64,000 bases of DNA from Faecousia sp. (GTDB taxonomy: Bacteria; Bacillota; Clostridia; Oscillospirales; Oscillospiraceae), in the NCBI GenBank assembly GCA_045605575.1, contig JAZUQE010000147.1:10672-74671 (forward strand). Direction: 5' to 3'. Below the pieces are notes generated by a model. The model made no database searches, had not been told where the DNA came from, and saw nothing but the letters and a program-made list of their open reading frames with translations. Positions 1 through 9,995 of this stretch are shown here, piece by piece. A program made the translations under genes and the position numbers. Every line of letters begins with the position of its first letter. The first letter of the stretch is position 1.

Positions 1-1
1 A

Positions 2-313
2 GCAGGTCACGAGAAAAAAGTCTGTGTATTCCAAGGTGATGACCCGACCTTCTGTATCCAGATCAGATGCACCGATACCATATTGGACATCCAAAGGTTC
101 ATGTTTTGTAAATATGGCAGTGCCGGAGTATCCCTTCTTTTCAGCATAACACCAATATTGGAAGTATCCGGGAAGCTCCAAAGAAATTTGACCTGCCTGA
201 AGCTTGGTTTCCTGTAGGCAGAAAAAATCAGCGTCTGCATCCCGAAAAAAATCCAGGAAGCCTTTTCCAACACAGGCGCGAAGACCGTTTACGTTCCAGG
301 ATATGAATTTCAT
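2..313 (-). CDS. xth: Exodeoxyribonuclease III / AP endonuclease (5' part; runs off the window edge)
   Basis: Not in ORF track. Manual translation from ATG 313 (RBS GGAGG): MKFISWNVNGLRAC...FCLQETK...KKGYSGTAIF...DTEGRVITLEY, the ExoIII signature motifs. Confidence 0.93.
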   Translation of the reverse strand, partial: MKFISWNVNGLRACVGKGFLDFFRDADADFFCLQETKLQAGQISLELPGYFQYWCYAEKKGYSGTAIFTKHEPLDVQYGIGASDLDTEGRVITLEYTDFFLVTC

Positions 314-324
314 AATAACCTCCG

Positions 325-825
325 TTAAGAATCGCTCTGTCCGGCTGCGAAATAAGTACTGCTGGAAATGTTCAGCGTGTCGGGTGTAAAAACGATCTCC
401 TTATTCCCGCCAAGGAGCGAATTTTCGGTGCGAATCCGAATAACCTGCGCACTGGTCAAGTCCATGCTTGTTTTTGCCAGGCAAGCACAGGCCAATGGAA
501 GATCTATGCCTGTCAATTGTGCCAGTTCGTCGCTGATCACAAGCTCCAGTGTCTGGTCATAGTGGTGCAGGGAGATAACAACGCAGCCGGAAGGGAAAGG
601 ATTGAGAAAGTGGACATTTTGCGGTCCTTGCATATATAGATCCAGTACCGACGCAGTATTTGGTTCCTGAACGATTTCCCGAATCTCAGAGTCCAGTATA
701 GACCCGTCCTGCATGTGGATGTAATCATTGGGAGGATAGTAAAATACTGCGGGCTTTTTCGCATTGTTTGCGTTGCAACCAAAGAGAAAGACGGCGAGGA
801 GCAGAATCACCAAAAGACGTTTCAT
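325..825 (-). CDS. GerMN-domain lipoprotein
   Basis: Lipobox LFGC; L..GP...NPFPSG pattern typical of GerMN; lies downstream of a two-component pair. Confidence 0.7.
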   Translation of the reverse strand: MKRLLVILLLAVFLFGCNANNAKKPAVFYYPPNDYIHMQDGSILDSEIREIVQEPNTASVLDLYMQGPQNVHFLNPFPSGCVVISLHHYDQTLELVISDELAQLTGIDLPLACACLAKTSMDLTSAQVIRIRTENSLLGGNKEIVFTPDTLNISSSTYFAAGQSDS

Positions 826-2288
826 TTTTCTGCCTCCTCTGATTCCGTATCAAAGACTGGGAAGGTGACTGTGAACACGGAACCCTTTCCGACAACACTT
901 TCTACAGTAATCGTGCCGGTATTCCGTTCTACCATATTCCGAACGATGGCAAGTCCCAGTCCACTGCCACCGGATTTACGGGAGCGAGCCTTATCCACTC
1001 GGTAAAAACGTTCGAACAGGTGTTTTAAAGATTCCTCAGGAACACCAACGCCTGTATCCATAACTTGGATCACAGCGTTATCGTCCTTGCGGGACAAAAG
1101 AATGGTAACGTTTCCGCCTGCAACATTATACTTGATGCCATTTTCAACCAAATTGAATAGAATCTGATATAGATCGTCTTCAAAGATCAATATGGGGCTG
1201 TCCTGCTCAATGGACTGGATGATCGTGACCTGCTCTTGTTTAGCCAGCAGTGAAAGCATTTTAACGACACGTTCCACCGTTGGGCCGATATTTACGATCT
1301 CGCAGTCTCCATCACTTTGAGATTCGATCTTGGTAAGGGAAAGCAGTTTCGAGGACATTCGGTTCAGACGATCTGCCTCATTTCCGATATCGTTAACAAA
1401 TTCCCGTACGGTTGCCATATCCATATCGTTTTGCAAAATGGAGTCGGAAAGGAGCTTGATGGAAGCCAGCGGCGTTTTTAATTCGTGGGATGCATCGGAA
1501 ACAAAACGTCTTCTCTTGTTTTCGGAGACGGACAGGATCTCGCTCATATCGTTGAATTCGTTGCCAAGCAAGGTCAGTTCGTCGTGACCACCCATTACCA
1601 CTTTGTGGTCATAGTTACCGCTGCGGATAATCTGCATGGAACTGCGGATCCTGCGAAGACGGGCGGAGAAAACATTGGCAAACGCTACGGAGAACACGAT
1701 AACGACAATCTCCAGCAGTGCGGTGATAGAAAAAATATTATGCTGCAGAGATTGAATGAGCGCACCTTGTTCGGGATCAGTCTCCATCATAAATACACAG
1801 CCGGTCAAAGTTCCGTAGGAGAGAATCGGCGCAGCGGCTCTGGAGAGCATAGAGCCTTCATGGTATTGCCAAGTAAAAACATCGTAAAGATCCAAAGCCT
1901 TTACGACTTCCGGGTACAGTGCATATTGGTTTAGAAGCACAGGCTCATCAGAAGAATCATAGATGACAATTCCGGAAGGATCCGTGACCAGAGTATGACT
2001 ATCCTTCAATGGCTCCTCGGATGAATTGTCTAATTGGGTTACAATGCCTCCGATATTGTCGGCGTTCAAAACTTCCAGTTCAGATATTTCCGAGGAGATC
2101 AGCAGGCACCGCTCGATCATAGCTGCTTCCTTGCTCTTGTAGAAGAGCTCCTGGCTGGTTTGAGAACAGTAGATATTCAAAAAGAGCAACACAACAAAGG
2201 TGATCATAACATAGATCACCGCATATCGGAATTGTGCGCTGCCATAACGGCGGCGAGTTGGTCTGTTATTTTCGGAAGTAATAGCCAA
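822..2288 (-). CDS. Sensor histidine kinase (2 TM, HAMP, HisKA, HATPase)
   Basis: H-box ASHELKTPL, N-box NLVENGIKY, G-boxes DTGVG and GSGLGLAI. Confidence 0.95.
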   Translation of the reverse strand: MAITSENNRPTRRRYGSAQFRYAVIYVMITFVVLLFLNIYCSQTSQELFYKSKEAAMIERCLLISSEISELEVLNADNIGGIVTQLDNSSEEPLKDSHTLVTDPSGIVIYDSSDEPVLLNQYALYPEVVKALDLYDVFTWQYHEGSMLSRAAAPILSYGTLTGCVFMMETDPEQGALIQSLQHNIFSITALLEIVVIVFSVAFANVFSARLRRIRSSMQIIRSGNYDHKVVMGGHDELTLLGNEFNDMSEILSVSENKRRRFVSDASHELKTPLASIKLLSDSILQNDMDMATVREFVNDIGNEADRLNRMSSKLLSLTKIESQSDGDCEIVNIGPTVERVVKMLSLLAKQEQVTIIQSIEQDSPILIFEDDLYQILFNLVENGIKYNVAGGNVTILLSRKDDNAVIQVMDTGVGVPEESLKHLFERFYRVDKARSRKSGGSGLGLAIVRNMVERNTGTITVESVVGKGSVFTVTFPVFDTESEEAEK

Positions 2289-2943
2289 CGCCCCACTTTG
2301 TCATGATATATTGCGGCTGTGCAGGATTTTCCTCAAGTTTTTCCCGCAAACGCCGTATGTGAACATCCACAGTTCGGATATCGCTTCGGTATTCATAAGC
2401 CCAGATGGTATCCAGCAGCACCTCTCTGGAATAAACACGGTTTGGATTGCGCATTAGGAATTCGATTACATCAAATTCCTTTGCTGTCAGATCAGCAAGC
2501 TTTCCGCCTGTAAAAGCGTTTCTGGCATCCATGTCCAGCGTGATGTTTCCTATTGTTAATACATTACCGGCCTGCTTCCCGGAAATAGCGGAACGCTTCA
2601 GCAGAGCACGTATTCTTGCTTTGAGTTCCAAAATGTTAAAGGGTTTTGTCAAATAATCGTCAGCACCGTGATCAAAGCCCATGAGTTTATCCATATCGTC
2701 CGCCTTAGCGGTGAGATAAATAACCGGAACATCCGAGAATTCTCTGATTTTGCTGCAAGCTGTTAAACCGTCCATCTCCGGCATCATAATATCCAGAATC
2801 ACCAGATCCGGTGATTCCGTTTTGGCAAGCTGAACTGCATCTGCACCGGTAAAACCGGTGATCACCTCGTAGCCTTCACTTTGCAGATTAAAACGAATCC
2901 CTTTGACAAGGAGTTCTTCGTCGTCGACAACCAGTATTTTCAT
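2266..2943 (-). CDS. OmpR/PhoB-family response regulator
   Basis: MKILVVDDE, LDIMMP, KPF, RTVDVHIRRLR, WGVGY; start moved to ATG 2943 after GGAGG. Confidence 0.95.
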   Translation of the reverse strand: MKILVVDDEELLVKGIRFNLQSEGYEVITGFTGADAVQLAKTESPDLVILDIMMPEMDGLTACSKIREFSDVPVIYLTAKADDMDKLMGFDHGADDYLTKPFNILELKARIRALLKRSAISGKQAGNVLTIGNITLDMDARNAFTGGKLADLTAKEFDVIEFLMRNPNRVYSREVLLDTIWAYEYRSDIRTVDVHIRRLREKLEENPAQPQYIMTKWGVGYYFRK

Positions 2944-2945
2944 GT

Positions 2946-3392
2946 TCAGTCCTCCAATGTGATCAAATCGGCAATGGCGGCCAGCTTTTTCTCGCCAATG
3001 CCGCTGATGTCGCAAAGCTCTTCGATATAGTCAAGTGGTCCATATGTTTCCCTGTAATCCAGGATCCTTTGGGCAAGGGTGGGTCCGATCCCCGGAAGTG
3101 TAGTCAATTCCTCCAAAGTGGCAGTGTTGATATTCACCTTACTGACCGTTGTAGCAGCTGTTTCGGCAGGGTCGGTTGTGCTTGTAGGAGTTGCGGTGGG
3201 GGCTGTTGCAGCACCAAAAGAGACGGTCTCGGCAACAGGTGAATGCACACTGTCACCAGGTGTCGTTTCATCTTGCGCATAGGAGCGGATGATCACCGTA
3301 TCTTTATGTGTGTTTCTGCCGACTAACACACCAATTGTGAAAGAGGCAAACAGAAGCGTTATGATAACCATGACATATGCGCCTTTTTTCAC
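2946..3392 (-). CDS. comEA: ComEA-family helix-hairpin-helix DNA-binding protein
   Basis: N-terminal TM, Thr/Ala-rich linker, VNINTAT..EL..LPGIG..LA.RI...R, GIGEK. Confidence 0.85.
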   Translation of the reverse strand: MKKGAYVMVIITLLFASFTIGVLVGRNTHKDTVIIRSYAQDETTPGDSVHSPVAETVSFGAATAPTATPTSTTDPAETAATTVSKVNINTATLEELTTLPGIGPTLAQRILDYRETYGPLDYIEELCDISGIGEKKLAAIADLITLED

Positions 3393-3410
3393 GCGGATGA
3401 ACCTCCTAGA

Positions 3411-3439
3411 TTGACTCAGAAAGAATTTGCTGATATAAT
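3411..3439 (+). promoter_or_regulatory. SigA-type promoter
   Basis: TTGACT-17 bp-TATAAT with extended -10 TG, upstream of the gene at 3503. Confidence 0.65.
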
Positions 3440-3502
3440 AACACCATTATACACGAGTTTTTACTGTCGGACAAGCCCGACAATGGAATAAGAGGTCAAA
3501 AA

Positions 3503-4936
3503 ATGAAAAAAAACAGATTGCTTTGTGGAATATTATGCGTTCTATTCCTAATTGGCAGCGCCTTGTCAGCGTCTGCAACGATGATGGGATCCGATTATCC
3601 GGCTGCGGATGTAGACGGTTCTGTTGCTGGCGGAAGTCATTCTATGGACGCGCAGGTACCGCTGTGGGGAAGCAATAAGATGCTCCAGACAGCCGCTGCG
3701 GCGCTTTTATATGAGACGAACAGTGATACGCTGGTGTATGCCTGGAACCCGGATGCACAGCGCTATCCGGGCGCCCTTGTGAAGATCATGACCGGCCTTC
3801 TGGCGGTGGAAAACGGCAATGTGGATGATGTGATCGCGGTTACTGAGGAGGCACTTTCCGCATTGCCTCCCTATTCCTCGACTTTGCATCTGCGTGCCGG
3901 TGAGATCGTGACGCTTAAGCAGCTGTTGTATGCCCTTTTTGTTGGCGGTGCCAATGATGCGGCTGTTGTGATCTCTCATCATATTGCTGGTTCGGAAGAA
4001 CAGTTTGTGCAAATGATGAATGACCGGGCTGAAGAATTTGGCTGTACTGGTACCAACTTTACGAACAGTACCGGTATCCATAATAACGATCAGGTCACCA
4101 CTGCCAGAGATCTGGGTAAGATCCTGGAGGCTGCATCTGAGAACGATTTGTTCATGGACTTCTTCTCATCAACCTTTTATACGTTCCCGGAGACCAATCT
4201 ATCCGCCGCCAGAGAGCCTATGCTGACAACAAATTACCTGATGACACCCGGTATGGAATTTTACTATGATGAGCGTGTCACCGGCGGCAGAACCGGCACA
4301 ACAGTCGATAATAAACGGTGTCTGGCAATCACATCGGATAGTGATGGACTCTCCTATATCGTGATCATTCTGGAAGCGATCCCCATTATTGCAGAGGATG
4401 GCTATACGGCAAAGCGATTCGGCAATCTGGAAGAAGCGGAAACTCTGCTGGAGCTGGGCTTTAACAATTATGATATTTTCCAGATCCTGATGGATACGGA
4501 TATTACGAATCAATATGCTGTCACCAACGGGGCCAACAGTGTAACCGTTGGCCCGGCCACCGGTGTACGTGCTTTGCTCCCCAATGGCGTAACAAAGGAT
4601 GACTTGAATGTCCGTTACCTGCTAAACGAGAGCTCGTTAACAGCACCAATTGACATCGGTCAGACAGTTGCGACCATGCAGGTTTGGTATGAGAATGTTT
4701 GCGTTGCACAAGCACCTGTGGTGGCACGCAATGCGGTGAAGGAATACATTCCCTCCGAAGAGCGAAATGCAGGTGCGGATACGGATGCACTGGTAACAGC
4801 GCTGATCGTGATCGGTGTGATACTGGGTGTGATCTTGTGTGTCCTCGGTGTGCTGTTTGTGATTCAGATGGTTCGTCGTGCAGGTAAACAGGCGCAGCAT
4901 CGCCGCAGACGCCGCAGCAGAAGAAGGAGCAGGTAA
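3503..4936 (+). CDS. Peptidase S11 (D-Ala-D-Ala carboxypeptidase)-like protein with degenerate catalytic motifs
   Basis: Signal peptide, S11-like core (YPGALVKIMT, GANDAA, FV..MN..A...G..GTNFTN..G, GRTG), C-terminal TM and Arg-rich tail. Confidence 0.85.
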   Translation: MKKNRLLCGILCVLFLIGSALSASATMMGSDYPAADVDGSVAGGSHSMDAQVPLWGSNKMLQTAAAALLYETNSDTLVYAWNPDAQRYPGALVKIMTGLLAVENGNVDDVIAVTEEALSALPPYSSTLHLRAGEIVTLKQLLYALFVGGANDAAVVISHHIAGSEEQFVQMMNDRAEEFGCTGTNFTNSTGIHNNDQVTTARDLGKILEAASENDLFMDFFSSTFYTFPETNLSAAREPMLTTNYLMTPGMEFYYDERVTGGRTGTTVDNKRCLAITSDSDGLSYIVIILEAIPIIAEDGYTAKRFGNLEEAETLLELGFNNYDIFQILMDTDITNQYAVTNGANSVTVGPATGVRALLPNGVTKDDLNVRYLLNESSLTAPIDIGQTVATMQVWYENVCVAQAPVVARNAVKEYIPSEERNAGADTDALVTALIVIGVILGVILCVLGVLFVIQMVRRAGKQAQHRRRRRSRRRSR

Positions 4937-4939
4937 TCT

Positions 4940-5500
4940 ATGGATTGGGAATCTCTTGAAAGAGAATGCAGCAACTGCAGGAAGTGTGCGCTTTGCGAGC
5001 GTAGGACGAATGTGGTATTTGGCGTTGGCAATCAGAATGCAGATATTCTGTTTATCGGAGAAGGTCCTGGTGAACAGGAAGATCTGCAGGGAGAACCCTT
5101 TGTTGGACCGGCTGGAAAGCTCCTTGACGACATGCTTTCTATTATCGATTTGGATCGAAAAACATGCTATATTGCCAATATTGTCAAGTGCCGTCCGCCT
5201 GGAAACAGGGATCCAAAGGATGATGAGCAGGATGCCTGCATTGGTTACCTGCGTGCACAGGTCGCATTGATCCAGCCAAAGATCATTATATGCCTTGGCA
5301 GGGTTGCGGCCAAACGGATTATCAATCCGGACTTTCGGATCACCCGTGATCATGGTTTCTGGACCTATAAGAACGGCGTATGGATGATGGCGATCTACCA
5401 TCCGTCAGCGTTGCTTCGCGATCTTTCAAAACGTCCGGAAACATTTGATGACTTGCTCTTGCTTCGCAGAAAGTATAAGGAACTTGGGATAAGTGTATAA
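4940..5500 (+). CDS. Family-4 uracil-DNA glycosylase (4Fe-4S)
   Basis: C..C.LC, GEGPG, PFVG, VKCRPP.NR.P, YHPS motifs. Confidence 0.93.
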   Translation: MDWESLERECSNCRKCALCERRTNVVFGVGNQNADILFIGEGPGEQEDLQGEPFVGPAGKLLDDMLSIIDLDRKTCYIANIVKCRPPGNRDPKDDEQDACIGYLRAQVALIQPKIIICLGRVAAKRIINPDFRITRDHGFWTYKNGVWMMAIYHPSALLRDLSKRPETFDDLLLLRRKYKELGISV

Positions 5501-5532
5501 AGAATGTGGCTTCCGGAAGGAAGCCACATTTG

Positions 5533-6480
5533 TCATTCTTCGCGCTTTTCGTCGTAGGTAAGGATCTCTTTTGCTACATATATGGGGCGGTTTTTGCTTT
5601 GCTCAAACGTTTTTCCTACATATTCCCCGATGATACCGATGCAGAAGAGCTGCATGCTGCCAAGCAGCAGGATCAAAACGATGATCGTCGCATAGCCGGG
5701 GACATCAATCCCGGCGATCAGCTTTTGCAGCACGACGGCAATCAAGTAAAGCACCGCAGCAACACCGGTAAAAACACCTAAATAAACGGACATCCTCAGT
5801 GGAGCAGTGGAGAAGCCGATGATCCCCTCAATGGCGTAGTTGAGCAGTTTGCGGAAATTCCACTTGGTAACGCCTGCTGCCCGCTTACAGGCAGTGTAGG
5901 GAATAAAGCATGTCTCATAACCTACCCAAGAAAAAATCCCCTTGGAAAAACGGTGGTATTCTGCAAGCTCCAACATGCTTTGCGCCACACTTCGGCGAAA
6001 AGTGCGGAAGTCGCTGGCATCCGGCTGCAGCTTTACAGAGGAAAGCTTGTTGATAACGGCATAGAAGCTACGCTTGAAGAAGGATAGTACCTTACCTTCG
6101 CCACGGCGGTCCTGATAGGCGGCTACGACATCGATTTCTGGTTTTTCGTCCAGAGTAGAAACCATATTCCGCACGATCTCCGGACGTTGCTGCAGGTCCG
6201 CATCGATCAGAGAAATGTACGCACCGCTAGCTTGCTGCATACCGGCGTAAATACCGGCCTCCTTTCCGAAATTGCGGGAGAAGCAGACAACTTTAACGGG
6301 GCATTTTTGAGCGGCATGGAGCTTGCGCAGATTGTGCATGGTAGCATCCTTACTACCATCATTTACAAATATGATTTCATAATCATAGCCGCAGCCATCA
6401 AACGCCTGGATCACAGCGTCTTGGAATGCGGCAACATTTTCTGCTTCGTTGTAGCAGGGAACGACTAATGAAAGTTTCAT
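5533..6480 (-). CDS. GT2 glycosyltransferase, bactoprenol glycosyltransferase (GtrB/YkcC-like)
   Basis: VVPCYNE, VNDGSKD, FSRNFGKE, DADLQ, two C-terminal TMs, IGEY...RP.Y. Confidence 0.9.
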   Translation of the reverse strand: MKLSLVVPCYNEAENVAAFQDAVIQAFDGCGYDYEIIFVNDGSKDATMHNLRKLHAAQKCPVKVVCFSRNFGKEAGIYAGMQQASGAYISLIDADLQQRPEIVRNMVSTLDEKPEIDVVAAYQDRRGEGKVLSFFKRSFYAVINKLSSVKLQPDASDFRTFRRSVAQSMLELAEYHRFSKGIFSWVGYETCFIPYTACKRAAGVTKWNFRKLLNYAIEGIIGFSTAPLRMSVYLGVFTGVAAVLYLIAVVLQKLIAGIDVPGYATIIVLILLLGSMQLFCIGIIGEYVGKTFEQSKNRPIYVAKEILTYDEKREE

Positions 6481-6644
6481 AGTTCTCACTCTCGCCAGTT
6501 TTTTAATCTATTATACGCAGATTTGAAAATATAGTCAAGATAATGTTGTATTAACTGTATAGATGCGGCTGATCCATGCTTTTTCATGAATTAAGAATTT
6601 ATTTGTTGACAGAAGACTGAAAATATGATAGTTTATCTGCATAA

Positions 6645-6872
6645 ATGCATAGATGGGGAGGTTCTGCTCTCATATTCCTTATAGAGAGCGCGCGGAGGGT
6701 GAAAGCGCGCAGGAATGGCAGCAGATGGTCGCCCCGGAGCAGACTGCCCGAAGCATAGTAGGGTGGTTCGGGTTAGCCCGTTATAGCTTTCAAGTGCCCG
6801 CTTTTGCGGGAATTCAGGTGGTACCGCGGAACTTGTAGTTTTCGCCCTGAGCAGTCTGCTCGGGGCGTTTTT
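6645..6872 (+). promoter_or_regulatory. T-box riboswitch leader (Val)
   Basis: AGAGA/GGTGAAA stem-I elements, T-box AGGTGGTACCGCGG at 6816-6829, terminator hairpin CGCCCTGAGCAG/CTGCTCGGGGCG plus T-run at 6843-6872; probable specifier GTC (Val) at 6728-6730; directly precedes valS. Confidence 0.9.
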
Positions 6873-6898
6873 CATTTTTGTAAGGAGAGTGTGTTATT

Positions 6899-9544
6899 AT
6901 GGCCAGAGAATTGCCGAAGGTGTATGAATCTCAGCAGGTCGAGGATCGCATTTATAATATGTGGGAGCAGGGCGGCTATTTCCACGCGGATAGGTGCGCA
7001 GACCGCAAGCCTTTTACCATCGTTATGCCGCCTCCCAATGTGACCGGTCAGCTGCACATGGGCCATGCCATGGATGCCACGCTGCAGGATACCTTGATCC
7101 GTTTTAAGCGCATGCAGGGCTACAATGCTCTGTGGGTACCCGGAACGGATCACGCAGGCATTGCCACGCAGATCAAGGTCGAGGAGGAGCTTCGCAAGAA
7201 GGAAGGCTTGAGCCGCCATGATCTGGGCAGAGAGAAGTTCCTGGAGCGTGTCTGGGCATGGAAGCATCAGTATGGCAATCGGATCGTGGAACAGCAGAAG
7301 AAGCTGGGTGCCTCCTGTGATTGGGAGCGGGCAAGATTTACTATGGATGAAGGCTGCTCCAAGGCGGTCCGCGAAGTCTTTGTTTCCTTGTACGAGAAAG
7401 GCCTCATCTATAAGGGCTCCCGCATCGTTAACTGGTGTCCCCATTGTGTAACGGCTCTGTCTGACGCAGAAGTGGAGTACGTGGATAAGCCTAGCCACCT
7501 GTGGCATCTGAAATATCCCATCGTCGGCGAGGAAGGCCGTTATGTGATCGTTGCAACTACCAGACCGGAAACCATGCTGGGTGACAGCGGTGTGGCTGTC
7601 AATCCCAATGACCCTCGTTATCAGGATCTGATCGGCAAAAAGTGCTTGCTGCCTTTGATGGATCGGCAGATACCGATCGTTGCAGACGAGTATGTTAGCC
7701 TGGAGTTCGGTACCGGCTGCGTAAAGATGACCCCTGCCCATGACCCCAATGACTTTGAGGTCGGTCTGCGTCATAACCTGGAGATGATCCGGGTGCTGGA
7801 TGATAACGGCAAGGTTAATGAATTGGGCGGTAAGTACTGTGGCATGGACCGCTATGAAGCACGAAAGGCTGTCGTCGCGGATCTGGATGCTATGGGTCTG
7901 CTGGAGAAGATTGAGGATCATCAGCATAACGTGGGCACCTGCTATCGTTGTGGTAATGATGTAGAGCCCATCGTGTCCGCCCAGTGGTTTGTGAAGATGA
8001 AACCTCTGGCGGAGGAGGCCATCCGTTCTGTCCGTAAGGGCGAGACTAAGTTTGTCCCCGAACGCTTCACTAAGAATTATATGAACTGGATGGAGAATCT
8101 CCATGATTGGTGCATTTCCAGACAGCTCTGGTGGGGTCACCAGATCCCGGTGTGGTACTGCAGCGAGTGCGGACATATGACCTGCACACGGGAGGATGCC
8201 ACATGCTGCGAGAAGTGTGGCAGCACAAGGATCGAGCGGGATCCCGATGTATTGGATACTTGGTTCTCGTCTGCTTTGTGGCCTTTCTCTACCTTGGGGT
8301 GGCCCGATAGCAGCGAAGATCTGGATTATTTCTATCCTACGGATGTGCTGGTAACCGGTTACGATATCATCACCTTCTGGGTCTCCCGTATGATCGTTTC
8401 TGGCCTTGAGCATATGAAAAAGGCACCTTTCCATACGGTTCTGATCCATGGCCTTGTTCGTGATAACCAGGGACGTAAGATGAGTAAGTCTCTGGGTAAT
8501 GGTATCGATCCTCTGGAAATGATCTCTCAGTACGGCTGCGATGCCTTGCGTATGAACATGGTCATGAGTAACTCGCCCGGAAATGACATGCGTTTCTTTG
8601 TGGAGCGCTGCGAAGCTATGCGTAATTTTGCCAATAAGCTCTGGAATGCCAGTCGCTATGTGCTGATGAATCTGGGTGAGGATGTTGTTAACAAACTGCC
8701 TGCTGAGGATCAGTTGACGACTGCAGACAAGTGGGTGCTGTCAAAGCTGAACAGCTTGATCGCCGATGTGACGGAGAATCTGGAAAAGTATGAATTGGGC
8801 GTTGCCGTCCAGAAGGTTTACGACTTCCTGTGGGATACCTATTGTGACTGGTATATCGAGCTGACCAAGGCAAGACTTTACAGCGAAGATCCTGCTCAGA
8901 AGCAGACGGCTCTGCAGGTTCTGGTCTATGTGCTGGATCAGACGCTGCGTCTGATGCATCCCTTTATGCCTTTCATCACAGAAGAGATTTGGCAGAGCCT
9001 GCCTCATGATGGTGAGGCGCTGATCGTGGCTCAGTGGCCTGTTTACAGCGACAGCCTGAATTTTAAGGCGGAAGAGAATCTGATGGAGTCTGTAATGAGC
9101 GCCATCCGTGCTATTCGTAACCGCCGTGCGGAGATGAATGTTCCGCCGTCCAAGAAAGCTGCGTTGTTTGTGCTGACTTCCAAACCCCAGGTTTTTGCGG
9201 AGGGTGAGGGTTTTATCCAGCGCCTAGCCTATGCAGATAGCGTAACGCTGCTGCAGAAGGAACCTGAGAACATCGACGGTATGGTTTGCTGCACCACCGC
9301 AGATGCCAAACTGTATATTCCCATGGGTCAGCTTGTGGATGTTGCAAAGGAATTGGAGCGTGTAGCCAAGGAACTTGAGAAGGCAAGGAAGAACCTTGCT
9401 TCTCTGGAAGCTAAGTTATCTAACGAGAAGTTTACTTCTCGTGCACCTGAGGCTGTGGTTCAGGCCGAAAAAGATAAGGCAGCTAAAGCAAAAGATCTGA
9501 TCGTGCAGCTGGAAGAAAGCGATGCTGCACTGAAGAAGCTGTAA
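6899..9544 (+). CDS. valS: Valine--tRNA ligase
   Basis: PPPNVTGQLHMGH (HIGH), KMSKS, C-terminal coiled coil. Confidence 0.98.
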   Translation: MARELPKVYESQQVEDRIYNMWEQGGYFHADRCADRKPFTIVMPPPNVTGQLHMGHAMDATLQDTLIRFKRMQGYNALWVPGTDHAGIATQIKVEEELRKKEGLSRHDLGREKFLERVWAWKHQYGNRIVEQQKKLGASCDWERARFTMDEGCSKAVREVFVSLYEKGLIYKGSRIVNWCPHCVTALSDAEVEYVDKPSHLWHLKYPIVGEEGRYVIVATTRPETMLGDSGVAVNPNDPRYQDLIGKKCLLPLMDRQIPIVADEYVSLEFGTGCVKMTPAHDPNDFEVGLRHNLEMIRVLDDNGKVNELGGKYCGMDRYEARKAVVADLDAMGLLEKIEDHQHNVGTCYRCGNDVEPIVSAQWFVKMKPLAEEAIRSVRKGETKFVPERFTKNYMNWMENLHDWCISRQLWWGHQIPVWYCSECGHMTCTREDATCCEKCGSTRIERDPDVLDTWFSSALWPFSTLGWPDSSEDLDYFYPTDVLVTGYDIITFWVSRMIVSGLEHMKKAPFHTVLIHGLVRDNQGRKMSKSLGNGIDPLEMISQYGCDALRMNMVMSNSPGNDMRFFVERCEAMRNFANKLWNASRYVLMNLGEDVVNKLPAEDQLTTADKWVLSKLNSLIADVTENLEKYELGVAVQKVYDFLWDTYCDWYIELTKARLYSEDPAQKQTALQVLVYVLDQTLRLMHPFMPFITEEIWQSLPHDGEALIVAQWPVYSDSLNFKAEENLMESVMSAIRAIRNRRAEMNVPPSKKAALFVLTSKPQVFAEGEGFIQRLAYADSVTLLQKEPENIDGMVCCTTADAKLYIPMGQLVDVAKELERVAKELEKARKNLASLEAKLSNEKFTSRAPEAVVQAEKDKAAKAKDLIVQLEESDAALKKL

Positions 9545-9557
9545 TTCAAATTTACCG

Positions 9558-9602
9558 GTATGCGGTGCAAACCTTTGGTTTGCATCGCATACTTATTTTT
9601 TT
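9558..9602 (+). terminator. Intrinsic terminator
   Basis: GTATGCGGTGCAAACC/GGTTTGCATCGCATAC hairpin followed by T-tract. Confidence 0.8.
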
Positions 9603-9677
9603 GCTTTCTTGTTTGCGACAGCAAATTGCGTTCAGTTCTTTTTATACTGATTATGCAAAATGAAAGGAGGATATCAG

Positions 9678-9995
9678 ATGCAATTTACGAGTTTCCTACA
9701 TAATGGCCATCTGACAGTGGCACTGACAGGGGAAATTGATCATCACAGAGCCAAGGGGTATATTCAAGCAATTGCTGCAAAGATAGAAGCATATAACCCG
9801 GATGTTTGTACATTGGATTTTCAGGAAGTTACCTTTATGGATTCGTCTGGAATAGCTGTGGTGATCAATGCAATGCGTGCAATGGCAAGAATAGAAGGTA
9901 AGCTGTACTTGACCGGACTTGGCAGCCAGCCTATGAAGGTTTTCCGGGCGTCCGGCATTGATAAATTGGTGGAGATTAAGGAGGCGGTATTATGA
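9678..9995 (+). CDS. spoIIAA: Anti-sigma-F antagonist (STAS domain)
   Basis: GEIDHH, TFMDSSG; first gene of the spoIIA operon; RBS AAGGAGG before ATG 9678. Confidence 0.93.
   Translation: MQFTSFLHNGHLTVALTGEIDHHRAKGYIQAIAAKIEAYNPDVCTLDFQEVTFMDSSGIAVVINAMRAMARIEGKLYLTGLGSQPMKVFRASGIDKLVEIKEAVL

Noticed and set aside
7-273. 88-aa ORF in the track
   Set aside because: Wrong frame; the real gene is xth, starting at 313.
6872-8449. 525-aa minus-strand ORF
   Set aside because: Antisense shadow of valS; no recognisable motifs.
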